Assembly: GCA_041601615.1 (NCBI GenBank) | Contig: JBFIHX010000005.1 | Location: 40,774-104,773, forward strand | Reading direction: 5' to 3' | DNA from: Thermoplasmatota archaeon | GTDB taxonomy: Archaea > Thermoplasmatota > E2 > JACPAO01 > JAHFTW01 | DNA: 64,000 nucleotides | Part shown: positions 1 through 8,452 of the stretch, piece after piece | Layout of the letters: every line of letters begins with the position of its first letter | Position numbering within the stretch: position 1 is the stretch's first letter | Notes under the pieces: generated by a model | Database searches by the model: none | What the model was told of the DNA's origin: nothing | What the model saw: the letters and a program-made list of their open reading frames with translations, nothing else | Program-made: the position numbers and the translations under genes

Positions 1-654
1 GAGGACGAGCTGGTGGGCTTGCTCGAAAAACTGGACCGCGACGCAGATGTCAATGGCATCCTCGTGCAGCTTCCCCTCCCTGCCGGCATCGACAAGGGCC
101 GCGTCCTTCGCAAAATCGTCCCCTACAAGGACGTGGATGCGTTCCATCCTGAAAACGTCGGACACGCGCTCATTGGCGACGAAACCCTCGCTCCCTGCAC
201 GCCGCAAGGCATCCTCCTCTTGCTCGACGAAGCGGGCATCGAGCTTTCCGGCGCCGAAGTCTGCATCGTTAACCACAGCAACATCGTCGGCAAACCACTT
301 GCGGCCATGTGCATCAACCGCGACGCTACCGTCACCGTCTGCCACTCCCACACACGCGACGTGCGCGCCCACACAAGCACCGCCGACGTAGTCGTCACCG
401 GCACCGGAGGCCACCGACGCCTCACCGCAGACGACATCAAACCCGGCGCCATTGTCGTGGACGTCAGCATGTGCCGCGACGAAGACGGCGGACTCCACGG
501 CGACCACACGCCGGACGTCTGGAACAAGGCCGCATGGGTCACACCCGTCCCGGGCGGCGTGGGCCCTATGACCATCGCGGTGCTGCTGCTCAACACCGTG
601 CGCAGCTTCAAGCGAAAAATGGGTGTGCTTGCCTCGCCGCCCGCCGCAACCTAG
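1..654 (+). CDS. folD: Bifunctional methylene-THF dehydrogenase/methenyl-THF cyclohydrolase FolD, 5'-truncated by window edge
   Basis: Frame 1 is open from nt 1 (EDELVGLLEKLDRDADVNGILVQLPLP...). FolD hallmarks include the NAD(P)-binding GxGxxVG-like segment and the C-terminal PVPGGVGPMT motif. Confidence 0.8.
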   Translation, partial: EDELVGLLEKLDRDADVNGILVQLPLPAGIDKGRVLRKIVPYKDVDAFHPENVGHALIGDETLAPCTPQGILLLLDEAGIELSGAEVCIVNHSNIVGKPLAAMCINRDATVTVCHSHTRDVRAHTSTADVVVTGTGGHRRLTADDIKPGAIVVDVSMCRDEDGGLHGDHTPDVWNKAAWVTPVPGGVGPMTIAVLLLNTVRSFKRKMGVLASPPAAT

Positions 655-680
655 CGCCGCACGGACAAAGGTTCAGGGGA

Positions 681-938
681 CTACGCCAAGAGCGAATCGA
701 GGCCGCCGGCCGCATCCAATGCGTGCAAGTCGTCGTTGCCGCCCACATGTGTGTCGCCCACAAAGATCTGCGGCACCGTCATCCGGCCGCCACTACGCGC
801 CACCATCTCATCGCGAGCACCATCGACCTCTTCGATGTTGATCTCCGTGACCGAAGCTCCCTTGCGGGCAAGCAATGACTTGGCGCGGACGCAATACGGA
901 CACCATGAGGTGGTGTACATAGTGACTTGATTCATCAC
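681..938 (-). CDS. Glutaredoxin (dithiol, CPYC type)
   Basis: 85 aa with WCPYC active site and GGxDD motif (TTSWCPYCVRAKSLL...VFVGDTHVGGNDDL). Confidence 0.7.
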   Translation of the reverse strand: MMNQVTMYTTSWCPYCVRAKSLLARKGASVTEINIEEVDGARDEMVARSGGRMTVPQIFVGDTHVGGNDDLHALDAAGGLDSLLA

Positions 939-1091
939 GTCCCTTCGAGTCGCCGACTGTCATAACCTTTGGCGAGCGAGCAGAAGCAAGCAGGAAGCAA
1001 GCAGACCGCTGCACCACTGCCACCCTGCCACACAAAAACGCTGCCGGCAGAAACCCTAAGAGCCCCCGCCAAAATCGTCGGCCCGAACACC

Positions 1092-1859
1092 ATGCAGAAG
1101 GTACTCCTCCTCGCCGCTGCGCTTCTTACCGTTGCGCTCGCCGGCTGCTCCGACGAATTGCCCACTGGCGAATTCAGCTACCAGGGCCACGCCATCGCCG
1201 TCGCAGGCACCGCAACCAACGCCTACACCGCTTTCAACAACCCCCTCAGCGCCGGCGGCCAGAGCACCGACTGCCAACAAGACATGCTCCCGGCCGGCGT
1301 GGGCGACGACCAAAAGTGCACCCAGCCCGAGACCACGATCCAAATCGTCCTCGCGCAACTGCCCGACCCCCAAGGTAAGAGCTTCAGCGCCTTCCTCGTC
1401 GACAGCACCGGCACCGAAGCCGACAAGTTGCTCGGCACCCTCGCCGCCGGCGCCGGCGGCTCCTACGGCCTCAACTTCACCGAAGCCATGGACTACTCCA
1501 CCGGCCACTCCCTCGACCGCATCGAAATCCGCCTCGACTCCGCCAACGCCGTCGTCGTTGGCTACGCCAGCTCCAACGAAGGCAGCCAAGACTTCATGGT
1601 CAACGAAGCCACCATCACCGGCATCGACTTCGACGCCACCTGGAAGGGCAAGGCTCTGACGCTCACCGTCAGCGGCCTCAACAGCACCTACTCCTACGAA
1701 GGCTGGCTCGTTTCCGAGGACGGCACCCACTCCGAGAACTTCCCCGTCTCCAATGGCGTAACGGAACACGACGCCGAAGCCAACATCAACACCTACAGCG
1801 CCTTCCACATCCATGTGGCCGGCACCAAGGTGAACGTTGGCGTGGCCACCATCAGCTAG
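1092..1859 (+). CDS. Secreted lipoprotein, hypothetical
   Basis: In-frame ATG at 1092 gives MQKVLLLAAALLTVALAGCS, a signal peptide plus lipobox Cys. The longer track ORF starting at 969 has no signal-like N-terminus. Confidence 0.5.
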   Translation: MQKVLLLAAALLTVALAGCSDELPTGEFSYQGHAIAVAGTATNAYTAFNNPLSAGGQSTDCQQDMLPAGVGDDQKCTQPETTIQIVLAQLPDPQGKSFSAFLVDSTGTEADKLLGTLAAGAGGSYGLNFTEAMDYSTGHSLDRIEIRLDSANAVVVGYASSNEGSQDFMVNEATITGIDFDATWKGKALTLTVSGLNSTYSYEGWLVSEDGTHSENFPVSNGVTEHDAEANINTYSAFHIHVAGTKVNVGVATIS

Positions 1860-1860
1860 G

Positions 1861-1985
1861 TCGCAATCGGACCCTTTTCCCTTCCCTTTCCTTTCCCTCC
1901 CGCCTTGGTTTAGGTTTCCATTTCCCCATTTCTCGTTCCCATTTTTGCTCCCTTTCGTCCTCCGCGTGGCCCCCTTGCACGCAAT
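1861..1985 (+). terminator. Polypyrimidine (C/T-rich) low-complexity tract downstream of a + strand gene; possible archaeal terminator or spacer
   Basis: ccttttcccttccctttcctttccctcccgcc...tttccccatttctcgttcccatttttgctccctttcgtcctcc. Similar tracts recur after other gene ends (11021-11065, 33901-33947, 50271-50382, and on the minus strand at 15741-15778). Confidence 0.25.
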
Positions 1986-2027
1986 CATGGCCAGCTCAAT
2001 TAGGGGGTCTTGGTCCAAGTGGGGGCA

Positions 2028-2975
2028 ATGTTAGAATCTCGAACCTCGGTCGATGGCCTCAAGTCCGGTGCTTTATCCTGCCATTTGGTGCCAATCTACG
2101 AGGCCTGGGGGCTGAGCTTTTCCTCATCCGAATCATTGCCCGGGATGCGGCTTGGCAAAGGCACGCCCGAGTTGACCATCCATGCCGGAGCAGTTCCCGC
2201 GTCCCTGGGCCCGGGAGCCACGGTGGGCCGCGACTTTGAAGCAACTTCCAGTGCCTACTTGTTTCGAATCCCCGAGGTGGCAGATTTTCTCGTCGAGAGA
2301 GACGCGGGAATCACCTACGCCCCTGCCCCCGGCGTCGAGGAAGGTGTCGTGGAACTGTTTCTGTTTGGCTCCGCCATGGGTGCCCTTCTACACTTGCGAG
2401 GCATTCTGCCCCTGCATGCAAGCGCCGTCGAAATCAACGGCAAAGCGGTCCTGTTTACTGGAGATTCAGGGGCCGGAAAATCGACCACGGCCTACGCCTT
2501 TGGCCTCGCAGGCTGCCCCATCCTCTCCGACGACGTGGCCGGCATCCACCTCATTGACGGCCACGCAACCGTCGTGCCCGGCTTAGAGCGCCTCAAACTC
2601 TGGAACCATGCCCTCTCGGGACTGGGCAAAGCCGAAGAGGCAAAGGAGCCCGTTCCGTCGGTTTTGGACAAATTCTTCGTCGGGCGGCCCCTGGGAGCCA
2701 GCGGTCCTGCCCCCGTAGATTGCATGTATGTCCTCCAAAGCCGGCCAGAACCGGGAATTCTCATCGAGGACCTGCAAGGCGCCGAGAAATTCATGGCCCT
2801 GCAACGCAATGTCTACCGGCCGGCATTCATGGATGCCATCGGCAGCCACGGAGCATCCTTTGGAGTTCTTGCAACGATGGCGCAAAACCATCCCATCAAG
2901 CGACTCTCCCGACCCGAAGACGGCTTCAGCATCGACGAGGTCGTGGCTGCCGTGCGCCAGGATCTTCGCGAGTAA
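2028..2975 (+). CDS. HPr-kinase-related serine kinase, of the type found in lasso-peptide clusters
   Basis: Resembles the HprK C-terminal kinase domain, with a P-loop GDSGAGKST. Encoded directly upstream of PqqD-like B1 and B2. Start uncertain: TTG at 2010, ATG at 2028 or ATG at 2145. Confidence 0.65.
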   Translation: MLESRTSVDGLKSGALSCHLVPIYEAWGLSFSSSESLPGMRLGKGTPELTIHAGAVPASLGPGATVGRDFEATSSAYLFRIPEVADFLVERDAGITYAPAPGVEEGVVELFLFGSAMGALLHLRGILPLHASAVEINGKAVLFTGDSGAGKSTTAYAFGLAGCPILSDDVAGIHLIDGHATVVPGLERLKLWNHALSGLGKAEEAKEPVPSVLDKFFVGRPLGASGPAPVDCMYVLQSRPEPGILIEDLQGAEKFMALQRNVYRPAFMDAIGSHGASFGVLATMAQNHPIKRLSRPEDGFSIDEVVAAVRQDLRE

Positions 2976-3081
2976 GGATGGCGCAAGGCGTGCGTGCTGA
3001 TTGTCTTGCTTGGCGCAACCGTTCCCCGCTCCCTGCGCAGGCGTTAAGCAAGGAAGCCCCACTGGGTGATTTGTGAGCATA

Positions 3082-3354
3082 ATGGCTGGCACTGCTCGTC
3101 GCGCCCCCGATGTGCTGTCTGCACCCGTCGGCGACGAAGTCATCTTGTTGCACAGCCCAACGGGCCAATACTTCTCGATGGATGAAATTGGTCGCGCAAT
3201 CTGGGACCGACTGGGGACGGAGCCATGCAATTTGGAGCAACTCTGCAAGGACCTGCAACGGGAATTTGACGTGGACGCGAAGACGTGCCGAAACGACGTG
3301 GAAGCGTTTCTAGAATCCCTGCACGCGGCCGATTTCATCGTGGTCGAGTCTTGA
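3082..3354 (+). CDS. PqqD-family RiPP recognition element (lasso B1)
   Basis: About 90 aa of PqqD-like sequence (DEVILLHSPTGQYFSMDEIGRAIWDRL...LEQLCKDLQREFDVD...VEAFLESLHAADFIV). Stop overlaps the next start (ATGA). Confidence 0.75.
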   Translation: MAGTARRAPDVLSAPVGDEVILLHSPTGQYFSMDEIGRAIWDRLGTEPCNLEQLCKDLQREFDVDAKTCRNDVEAFLESLHAADFIVVES

Positions 3355-3830
3355 TGGGGCCCTGGCGCCGGTACCGGCGGCTCTCCGTGGAGCGGAAGCG
3401 GCTACTGCGTCGAGCGCTCAGAGCCGTCTTGGTCGCATCGCTTCAAGTGCGCTTAGAGGGGTACCCAAAGTGCATGAGGCACCTAGGCACAGCGGGGCCT
3501 CCCACGGACCCATCCGGTCAAACCCATGCGCAGGCACACGAGGTTCGGTGGGCCGTGCGACGTGTTCGAGACGCTCTGCCTTGGACCGTGACTTGTCTGA
3601 TGGAAGCAATTGCCGCCCAGAATCTGCTTTCGGGTGTCGAATGCGTCACCATCGTGGGCGCCAAAAGGGGCTCAAAACTGGAGATCCATGCTTGGCTCAT
3701 ACAGGGAACGCTGCAAGTGACGGGTTGGCCCATTCAAGCTGAATTTGCGCCCATTGCTGCCTATCGATGGCAACGAGCTGGCGCCGCGACGGACGGCCCG
3801 AGCCGCCAAAACGGGGGCGTCAAGCAATGA
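3354..3830 (+). CDS. Lasso-peptide leader peptidase B2 (transglutaminase-like cysteine protease)
   Basis: 158 aa. Arg-rich N-terminus, conserved Cys (WTVTCLMEAIAAQNLL) and His in an HAW motif (LEIHAWLIQG), as in lasso B2 proteins. Coupled by ATGA overlaps to B1 upstream and GNAT downstream. Confidence 0.7.
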   Translation: MGPWRRYRRLSVERKRLLRRALRAVLVASLQVRLEGYPKCMRHLGTAGPPTDPSGQTHAQAHEVRWAVRRVRDALPWTVTCLMEAIAAQNLLSGVECVTIVGAKRGSKLEIHAWLIQGTLQVTGWPIQAEFAPIAAYRWQRAGAATDGPSRQNGGVKQ

Positions 3831-4474
3831 AATTCACCATTCGACCGGCCGTGGCCGAGGACATTCCCGACATCGCAGCCCTCTCTCGGGCAACGCTTCC
3901 GTACTTGTCGAGCAATCAGAAGGGGGTCGAATCCTCGGAAAGCGCCCACTGCCGCATCCTGAAAACCCCGGGAAGCATTGTCCTCGTCGCGGAAACGGAC
4001 GGGACCATCACGGGTTTCATGGCCGGCTATGGTTCACGCGCAAGCCAAGTTGCGGCCTATGGCGAGGCTCAACCGCCTCCGCTAAGCTTGCCTCCAGCGC
4101 TCTCGGCACGCCCCTTGGCCTTCGCAAAATACTGGAAACGGCGACTCCAGACGCGCTTGCGTCGGATTCGACATCGAACGTGCGCGCACATCTGCGAGGC
4201 GGCAGTAGATCCGTCGGTGCGCGGGGGCAGAACCAGCATCGCCCTTTTTCATGCTTGGAAGGATAAGGCCTGGCAACAAGGCAGTCGGGGCATTCATTGT
4301 CGCTGCATCGAAAGCAAGGCCCCGGGAGCCTTCCACATTTTGTTGCACCTCGGCTTTGTGGTGCAAGGCGTGCGCCATCTGGGCGACTCTGAGTTGACGA
4401 CGCTTACATTGCATCGTGATCCCAGAGCGAAATCCACTCCGCCAAGGCGAAAAGAAGGTGTGGGTAGAGAATAA
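3827..4474 (+). CDS. GNAT-family N-acetyltransferase
   Basis: MKFTIRPAVAEDIPDIAAL... with an acetyl-CoA-binding-like core. ATGA overlap with B2. Confidence 0.7.
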   Translation: MKFTIRPAVAEDIPDIAALSRATLPYLSSNQKGVESSESAHCRILKTPGSIVLVAETDGTITGFMAGYGSRASQVAAYGEAQPPPLSLPPALSARPLAFAKYWKRRLQTRLRRIRHRTCAHICEAAVDPSVRGGRTSIALFHAWKDKAWQQGSRGIHCRCIESKAPGAFHILLHLGFVVQGVRHLGDSELTTLTLHRDPRAKSTPPRRKEGVGRE

Positions 4475-4491
4475 AGTGCTTTAAGCACTTT
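4473..4491. terminator. Perfect 9-bp inverted repeat (aaagtgctt t aagcacttt) between convergent operons; bidirectional terminator-like hairpin
   Basis: Lies immediately after the GNAT stop (4472-4474) and about 65 nt downstream of the minus-strand precursor stop. Confidence 0.4.
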
Positions 4492-4555
4492 CAAGGAGTC
4501 TGAAACGTCACATTGTTGGTGGTTTCATGGTGGGTCTGAGACAATCCTCCACAAA

Positions 4556-4675
4556 TTAGGAGGGGGTGTACTTGTAGGTGCCTTCCACATCTGGGTCAGC
4601 GCCACCAAGCGGCGCAAGCTTACCCTCCATTCGAAGTTGCGGGGCTTTCCAGGGTCGGTTTTGGATTGGATCCAT
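4556..4675 (-). CDS. Candidate lasso-peptide precursor (A), 39 aa: MDPIQNRPWKAPQLRMEGKLAPLGGADPDVEGTYKYTPS
   Basis: Small ORF, too short for the >=60-aa track, sitting 25 nt downstream of the cyclase stop on the same strand. Predicted core GGADPDVEGTYKYTPS has Gly1 and Glu8 (or Gly1/Glu7 if the core starts at the second Gly), bulky Y/K/Y plug candidates and a C-terminal Ser. An alternative start at the internal Met would give 24 aa. Confidence 0.55.
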   Translation of the reverse strand: MDPIQNRPWKAPQLRMEGKLAPLGGADPDVEGTYKYTPS

Positions 4676-4696
4676 ACTATGGCTAATATGGATGCT

Positions 4697-4702
4697 CTTT
4701 TA
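4697..4702 (-). promoter_or_regulatory. TATA-like box (TAAAAG on minus strand) about 25 nt upstream of the precursor ATG; possible leaderless precursor transcript
   Basis: Minus strand reads c-taaaag-agcatccatattagccatagt-ATG. The box overlaps the cyclase stop codon. Confidence 0.25.
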
Positions 4703-6586
4703 GCTGTTGTTTTCGCCGCGAGGGGTATCGCGGTCCAGCCAATCCAGCATGCGAGCAACCCGCGTGAGGTTCAACAAACTGCCCGCAACCCTAGGACCGT
4801 TGCCTTCTGGGATGCTGCCATCTTCGTTCCATTGCTCCCGGATCGACTGCCATGCCTGCACCAACGCGTCCACATCCACATAACTCCCCACTAGGCCATG
4901 GCGCGGCAGCTCGTCAACGATGGATTGAATTCTTGCAATCGCCTGCAGAAAATAGCCAGCCACCCAAGGGTTGGGCATTTGTTTGTCCGTGCGCCATTGA
5001 ATGGACTCCGGCAAAATGTCCTGCATAGCCGTTCGAAAAAGACCCCTCCCAATGCCCCGGATCAACTGGTATTCCAAGGGCACCGCAAGTGCAAATTCGA
5101 CCAGCCGTCGATCCATCATCGGATACCGAAACTCCACGCCATGGTACGCTGCCGAACCAGAATCCGTAACCGCTCGCGCGCCGCAATGACCATCGTCAAG
5201 CTGTTTTCGCCGCAAGTCCCCCCCAGCACTTTTTCCATACACCCGAGGGGCGGCATCTACGCGAGAACGAGCCCGGAACTCCTTGTCCACGAGCGCCTGA
5301 ATCGAAGGCCAGCCATCAGGAATGATCTCGGCACGAGGCCTCGCGGCACGAACAATACGCACCAGGGTCCGCCACAAGGGAACGCCGGTGGCAAGAGACC
5401 GTTGTCGGGCAAACCGGACGACTCGAATCCATCGACCCTTGCGCACCCATGAATGAACCAAGCCGCGTGCATGGGATGATGCAAATTCATCGCCCCCGTA
5501 TCCCGACAGCAGCACCGTACAGCCATCCTGTGCCGCCAATTTTGCCGGTCCCTCTGCCATGAATCCTATTTCCTGCTCCGCTGCCAGCGGGGATCTGCCA
5601 TGGTCCTCAAAAATCATACTTGCGGGCGACGAAACGGGAGAAAACTGGATGTTGCCCGCCTTGACCACGGTCTCCATGTGCCGGCGCTCGTCGACCCCAT
5701 TGGGATCGTGGTCATCTGGCAGCACCAACCCATAGGCCCGCAGCGGATTATCCGCCTCCCGTTCGCGAGCCGCAAGTAAGGCGATGGCGCTCGAATCGAT
5801 GCCGCCGCTCAATTGCGTCGCAACACCTGGACCGGATCGGCACAACACCGCCTCGACCATCAGTTCCCGAAGCCTCGCTTCGCACGCGGACCTGGTTCGA
5901 TAGGCGCTTGCCGCCTTAGGATTGGGTCGCCAATACGTCCGTGGCTCTTCCCCGCCGCCTGGGCCGATTTCTACGTCCTGCGCCTGCCGCAATGCCTGTA
6001 CGCCGTCAAGGGGGTGAATGTCGACGAAGGAGCCTTCCGTGCGCAATCGACTCGCCATCCAAGCCTCCGAAATGCGTTTTGGCACTCCTTCCAGAAAGCA
6101 AAACGCATTCATTTCGGTCGCAGCCATCACGCCCCCGGGTACCAGGGCAAAATAGACGGGCCGCACCCCGATGGCGTCCCGCGCCATCCACAGCACTTTG
6201 CGCGTGGAATCCCACAGGGCAATGGCAAACTCTCCGATGAGGCGCTTTGCAGCGTCTCGGCCCCATCGCTGGTAGGCGTGTAGCACCAATTCGTGGTCGT
6301 TTGGTTGCTCTTGCAGGCCTAGTTGCGCCGCCACTTCGCTGCGGTTGTCGATCCGGATGTCTCCGGTCACCGACAACGGGCCAAGGGATGCAATCTGCGG
6401 CTTCCTCATGCCGTATGGAGGCACCGTGGCATGGAACCCCAGAAACACGCCCGCATGGTTTGTACTCGTGGACCAAGGTCGCCCGCCGGCATGGTGCGCC
6501 ATGGACTGGAACGCCGGGACTGGATCAATCTCTGTGGATGACGGCACCCAGGCCAGAAACGAACTCATGCCAACGCGATGTCCCAA
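4700..6586 (-). CDS. Asparagine-synthetase-like lasso cyclase (C); forms the isopeptide macrolactam
   Basis: AsnB-like domain with PP-loop SGGIDSS and a conserved C-terminal synthetase region. Sits between the ABC exporter and the precursor. Confidence 0.8.
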   Translation of the reverse strand: MGHRVGMSSFLAWVPSSTEIDPVPAFQSMAHHAGGRPWSTSTNHAGVFLGFHATVPPYGMRKPQIASLGPLSVTGDIRIDNRSEVAAQLGLQEQPNDHELVLHAYQRWGRDAAKRLIGEFAIALWDSTRKVLWMARDAIGVRPVYFALVPGGVMAATEMNAFCFLEGVPKRISEAWMASRLRTEGSFVDIHPLDGVQALRQAQDVEIGPGGGEEPRTYWRPNPKAASAYRTRSACEARLRELMVEAVLCRSGPGVATQLSGGIDSSAIALLAAREREADNPLRAYGLVLPDDHDPNGVDERRHMETVVKAGNIQFSPVSSPASMIFEDHGRSPLAAEQEIGFMAEGPAKLAAQDGCTVLLSGYGGDEFASSHARGLVHSWVRKGRWIRVVRFARQRSLATGVPLWRTLVRIVRAARPRAEIIPDGWPSIQALVDKEFRARSRVDAAPRVYGKSAGGDLRRKQLDDGHCGARAVTDSGSAAYHGVEFRYPMMDRRLVEFALAVPLEYQLIRGIGRGLFRTAMQDILPESIQWRTDKQMPNPWVAGYFLQAIARIQSIVDELPRHGLVGSYVDVDALVQAWQSIREQWNEDGSIPEGNGPRVAGSLLNLTRVARMLDWLDRDTPRGENNS

Positions 6587-6746
6587 TGCAGGCCCTTAAG
6601 CAAATCGATAGGCGGCGCATTGCAACTCAGCATGAGGACTGGGACCTTGCAAGGAAATTCAAGCAGGCCCGCACGCCCACACGCACCGCCCCGTACCTGC
6701 CCCAACGAACGCACAGTGGTTCTGCGTGCCCGCCAGAGCAAGCGCG

Positions 6747-8429
6747 CTACGCCTCGGAATTTGGTTCTGGGTCGTAGATTTGGCCATCGCGCAATGCAAC
6801 GACGCGATCCACGCTGCGAACCGTCGAATCCCGATGCGACACAACGACCACCGTCACGCCCGACAAGGAATGCAAAATCTCCTGGAACGCTTCCTCGCCC
6901 TCTTGATCCCAGTTGCTGGTCGGTTCATCCAACACGAGCAAGCGAGGCCGCCGCGCCAGCGCCATGGCCAATGCAATTCGTTGGGCCTGGCCACCGGAAA
7001 GTGCTTGGGCGTGCTGGCCCAACTCAGTGTCAAGGCCCTGGCGCGTCGCAAGAAAATCGCAGCCCGCTCGGTCCAGTGCCTCTTGAAAATCCTGGTCCGT
7101 TGCCTGCGGGGCCCCCCAGGCCATGTTGGTGCGCACGGTGCCGGCAAGAAACACCGGTTGCTGCGGCACGAGCGCAATAGACTGGCGCCACGCGGCACGG
7201 TCCGTCAAGGTGTGGCCATCGATCTCCACATGGCCCGCGTCGGGCTGCACTAGGCCCAGCAGCACCTCAATGAGCGTAGTTTTGCCCGCCCCATTTGGGC
7301 CCGTGATGGCGATTTTTTCACCCCGTTCAAGGACCAAATGGACGCCCTGCAAGGCCCGGACCTCGCCATAGTGCACATGGACATCTAGCAAGCGAATCTG
7401 TTGCTCGAACCGCGGTGCCTCCCCGTCGGCCACGACTTCGGCGGCATTCTTGGCCAGCATCCATGTGTCTTGCAAGCTGTGCCAAGCAGGAGTCACGGCG
7501 ATATGGGCCTGGTAATGCTGGTGGCTTTGCTTGATGCGCGGCAAAATGCGGGCAAACAAGTACAGCAACAACAGAAACGCACCCAATTCCATGGCAAACG
7601 GTACCAACGCTAGGTAGGTAGTCGTCGCCAGCGCAAGCACCGCAATCGTGTCAAAGAGAAACCTGGACGTGGAGCGAACGCGAATCGACTGGACCTGCGT
7701 CGTCAAAATCTGCGGGTCGTGACCAAACGGATGCGTCCCGTAAAACCGCGCTTGCCGGCTTCCCGCCAACCACTGCTCCGTCGCCTCATGCATCCCCACC
7801 ATTCGCTCGGCCATCTCAACACCAATGGCCGCCGAACGACGTGTCCACGGCCGCAAGACCCCAATGGCCAGCACGGCAATCGCAAGCACAATCGCAGTCA
7901 AAGCCGGCGCAACGCGGAACGCCAATGCAATTTGAGCCACCAAGACAACAAGCCCCGACGCCAACGTCAGCAGCAAAAACGTCGCGGCACCTGTGCGGTC
8001 CGCCTCCGTCGTCAAGGCATTCGTGATGGAGCCACGAGACAGCGCTTGCAACTGGCGCCACTCCATGCGGTCCAAATCGTTGCGAAGCTCAGCCCGGATT
8101 TGATCCACAAGATGATGTTGCAACGTCAACGCTACCCGAGCATGCACCCAAGCAAGGCCCGCCAGCGTCACTTGGAGAAACACAAACAGTCCCAGCGCCG
8201 CAAGCAAACCGGGCTTCAAGCCCACCCAATCCAACACCCGCACAAACGCGGCAGACACAGGGGCCAGTCCCGATCCCGTATCGATGCCGACGGTGCTGAG
8301 CAACGGAATGAGCGACAGAAGCGACGCGCCCTCCACCAAGCCCATGGCGACAAGCAACACGAAAGAAGCCAAGGTCCGTCCAGGAACGAGCCTCCACAAC
8401 TCGGCCAAAAGCGAGCGACGGTCCACCAC
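6747..8429 (-). CDS. ABC transporter, fused permease/ATPase (lasso D exporter, McjD-like)
   Basis: N-terminal 6-TM domain. Walker A GPNGAGKTT, signature LSGGQAQRIALAMAL, Walker B LLVLDEPTS. Confidence 0.8.
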   Translation of the reverse strand: MVDRRSLLAELWRLVPGRTLASFVLLVAMGLVEGASLLSLIPLLSTVGIDTGSGLAPVSAAFVRVLDWVGLKPGLLAALGLFVFLQVTLAGLAWVHARVALTLQHHLVDQIRAELRNDLDRMEWRQLQALSRGSITNALTTEADRTGAATFLLLTLASGLVVLVAQIALAFRVAPALTAIVLAIAVLAIGVLRPWTRRSAAIGVEMAERMVGMHEATEQWLAGSRQARFYGTHPFGHDPQILTTQVQSIRVRSTSRFLFDTIAVLALATTTYLALVPFAMELGAFLLLLYLFARILPRIKQSHQHYQAHIAVTPAWHSLQDTWMLAKNAAEVVADGEAPRFEQQIRLLDVHVHYGEVRALQGVHLVLERGEKIAITGPNGAGKTTLIEVLLGLVQPDAGHVEIDGHTLTDRAAWRQSIALVPQQPVFLAGTVRTNMAWGAPQATDQDFQEALDRAGCDFLATRQGLDTELGQHAQALSGGQAQRIALAMALARRPRLLVLDEPTSNWDQEGEEAFQEILHSLSGVTVVVVSHRDSTVRSVDRVVALRDGQIYDPEPNSEA

Positions 8430-8452
8430 GCGCTGGCACCGAGTCTCGTTGT

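Noticed and set aside
1990-2034. Mini-ORF MASSIRGSWSKWGQC upstream of the kinase
   Set aside because: Too short for leader plus core. It has no acidic acceptor residue, and the frame is continuous with the kinase's upstream region.
2986-3076. 32-aa ORF MAQGVRADCLAWRNRSPLPAQALSKEAPLGDL between kinase and B1, as an alternative lasso precursor
   Set aside because: It has no Gly/Ala-start plus Asp/Glu at position 7-9 geometry and no C-terminal Ser. It also overlaps the kinase's 3' end out of frame. The 4556-4675 ORF fits far better.
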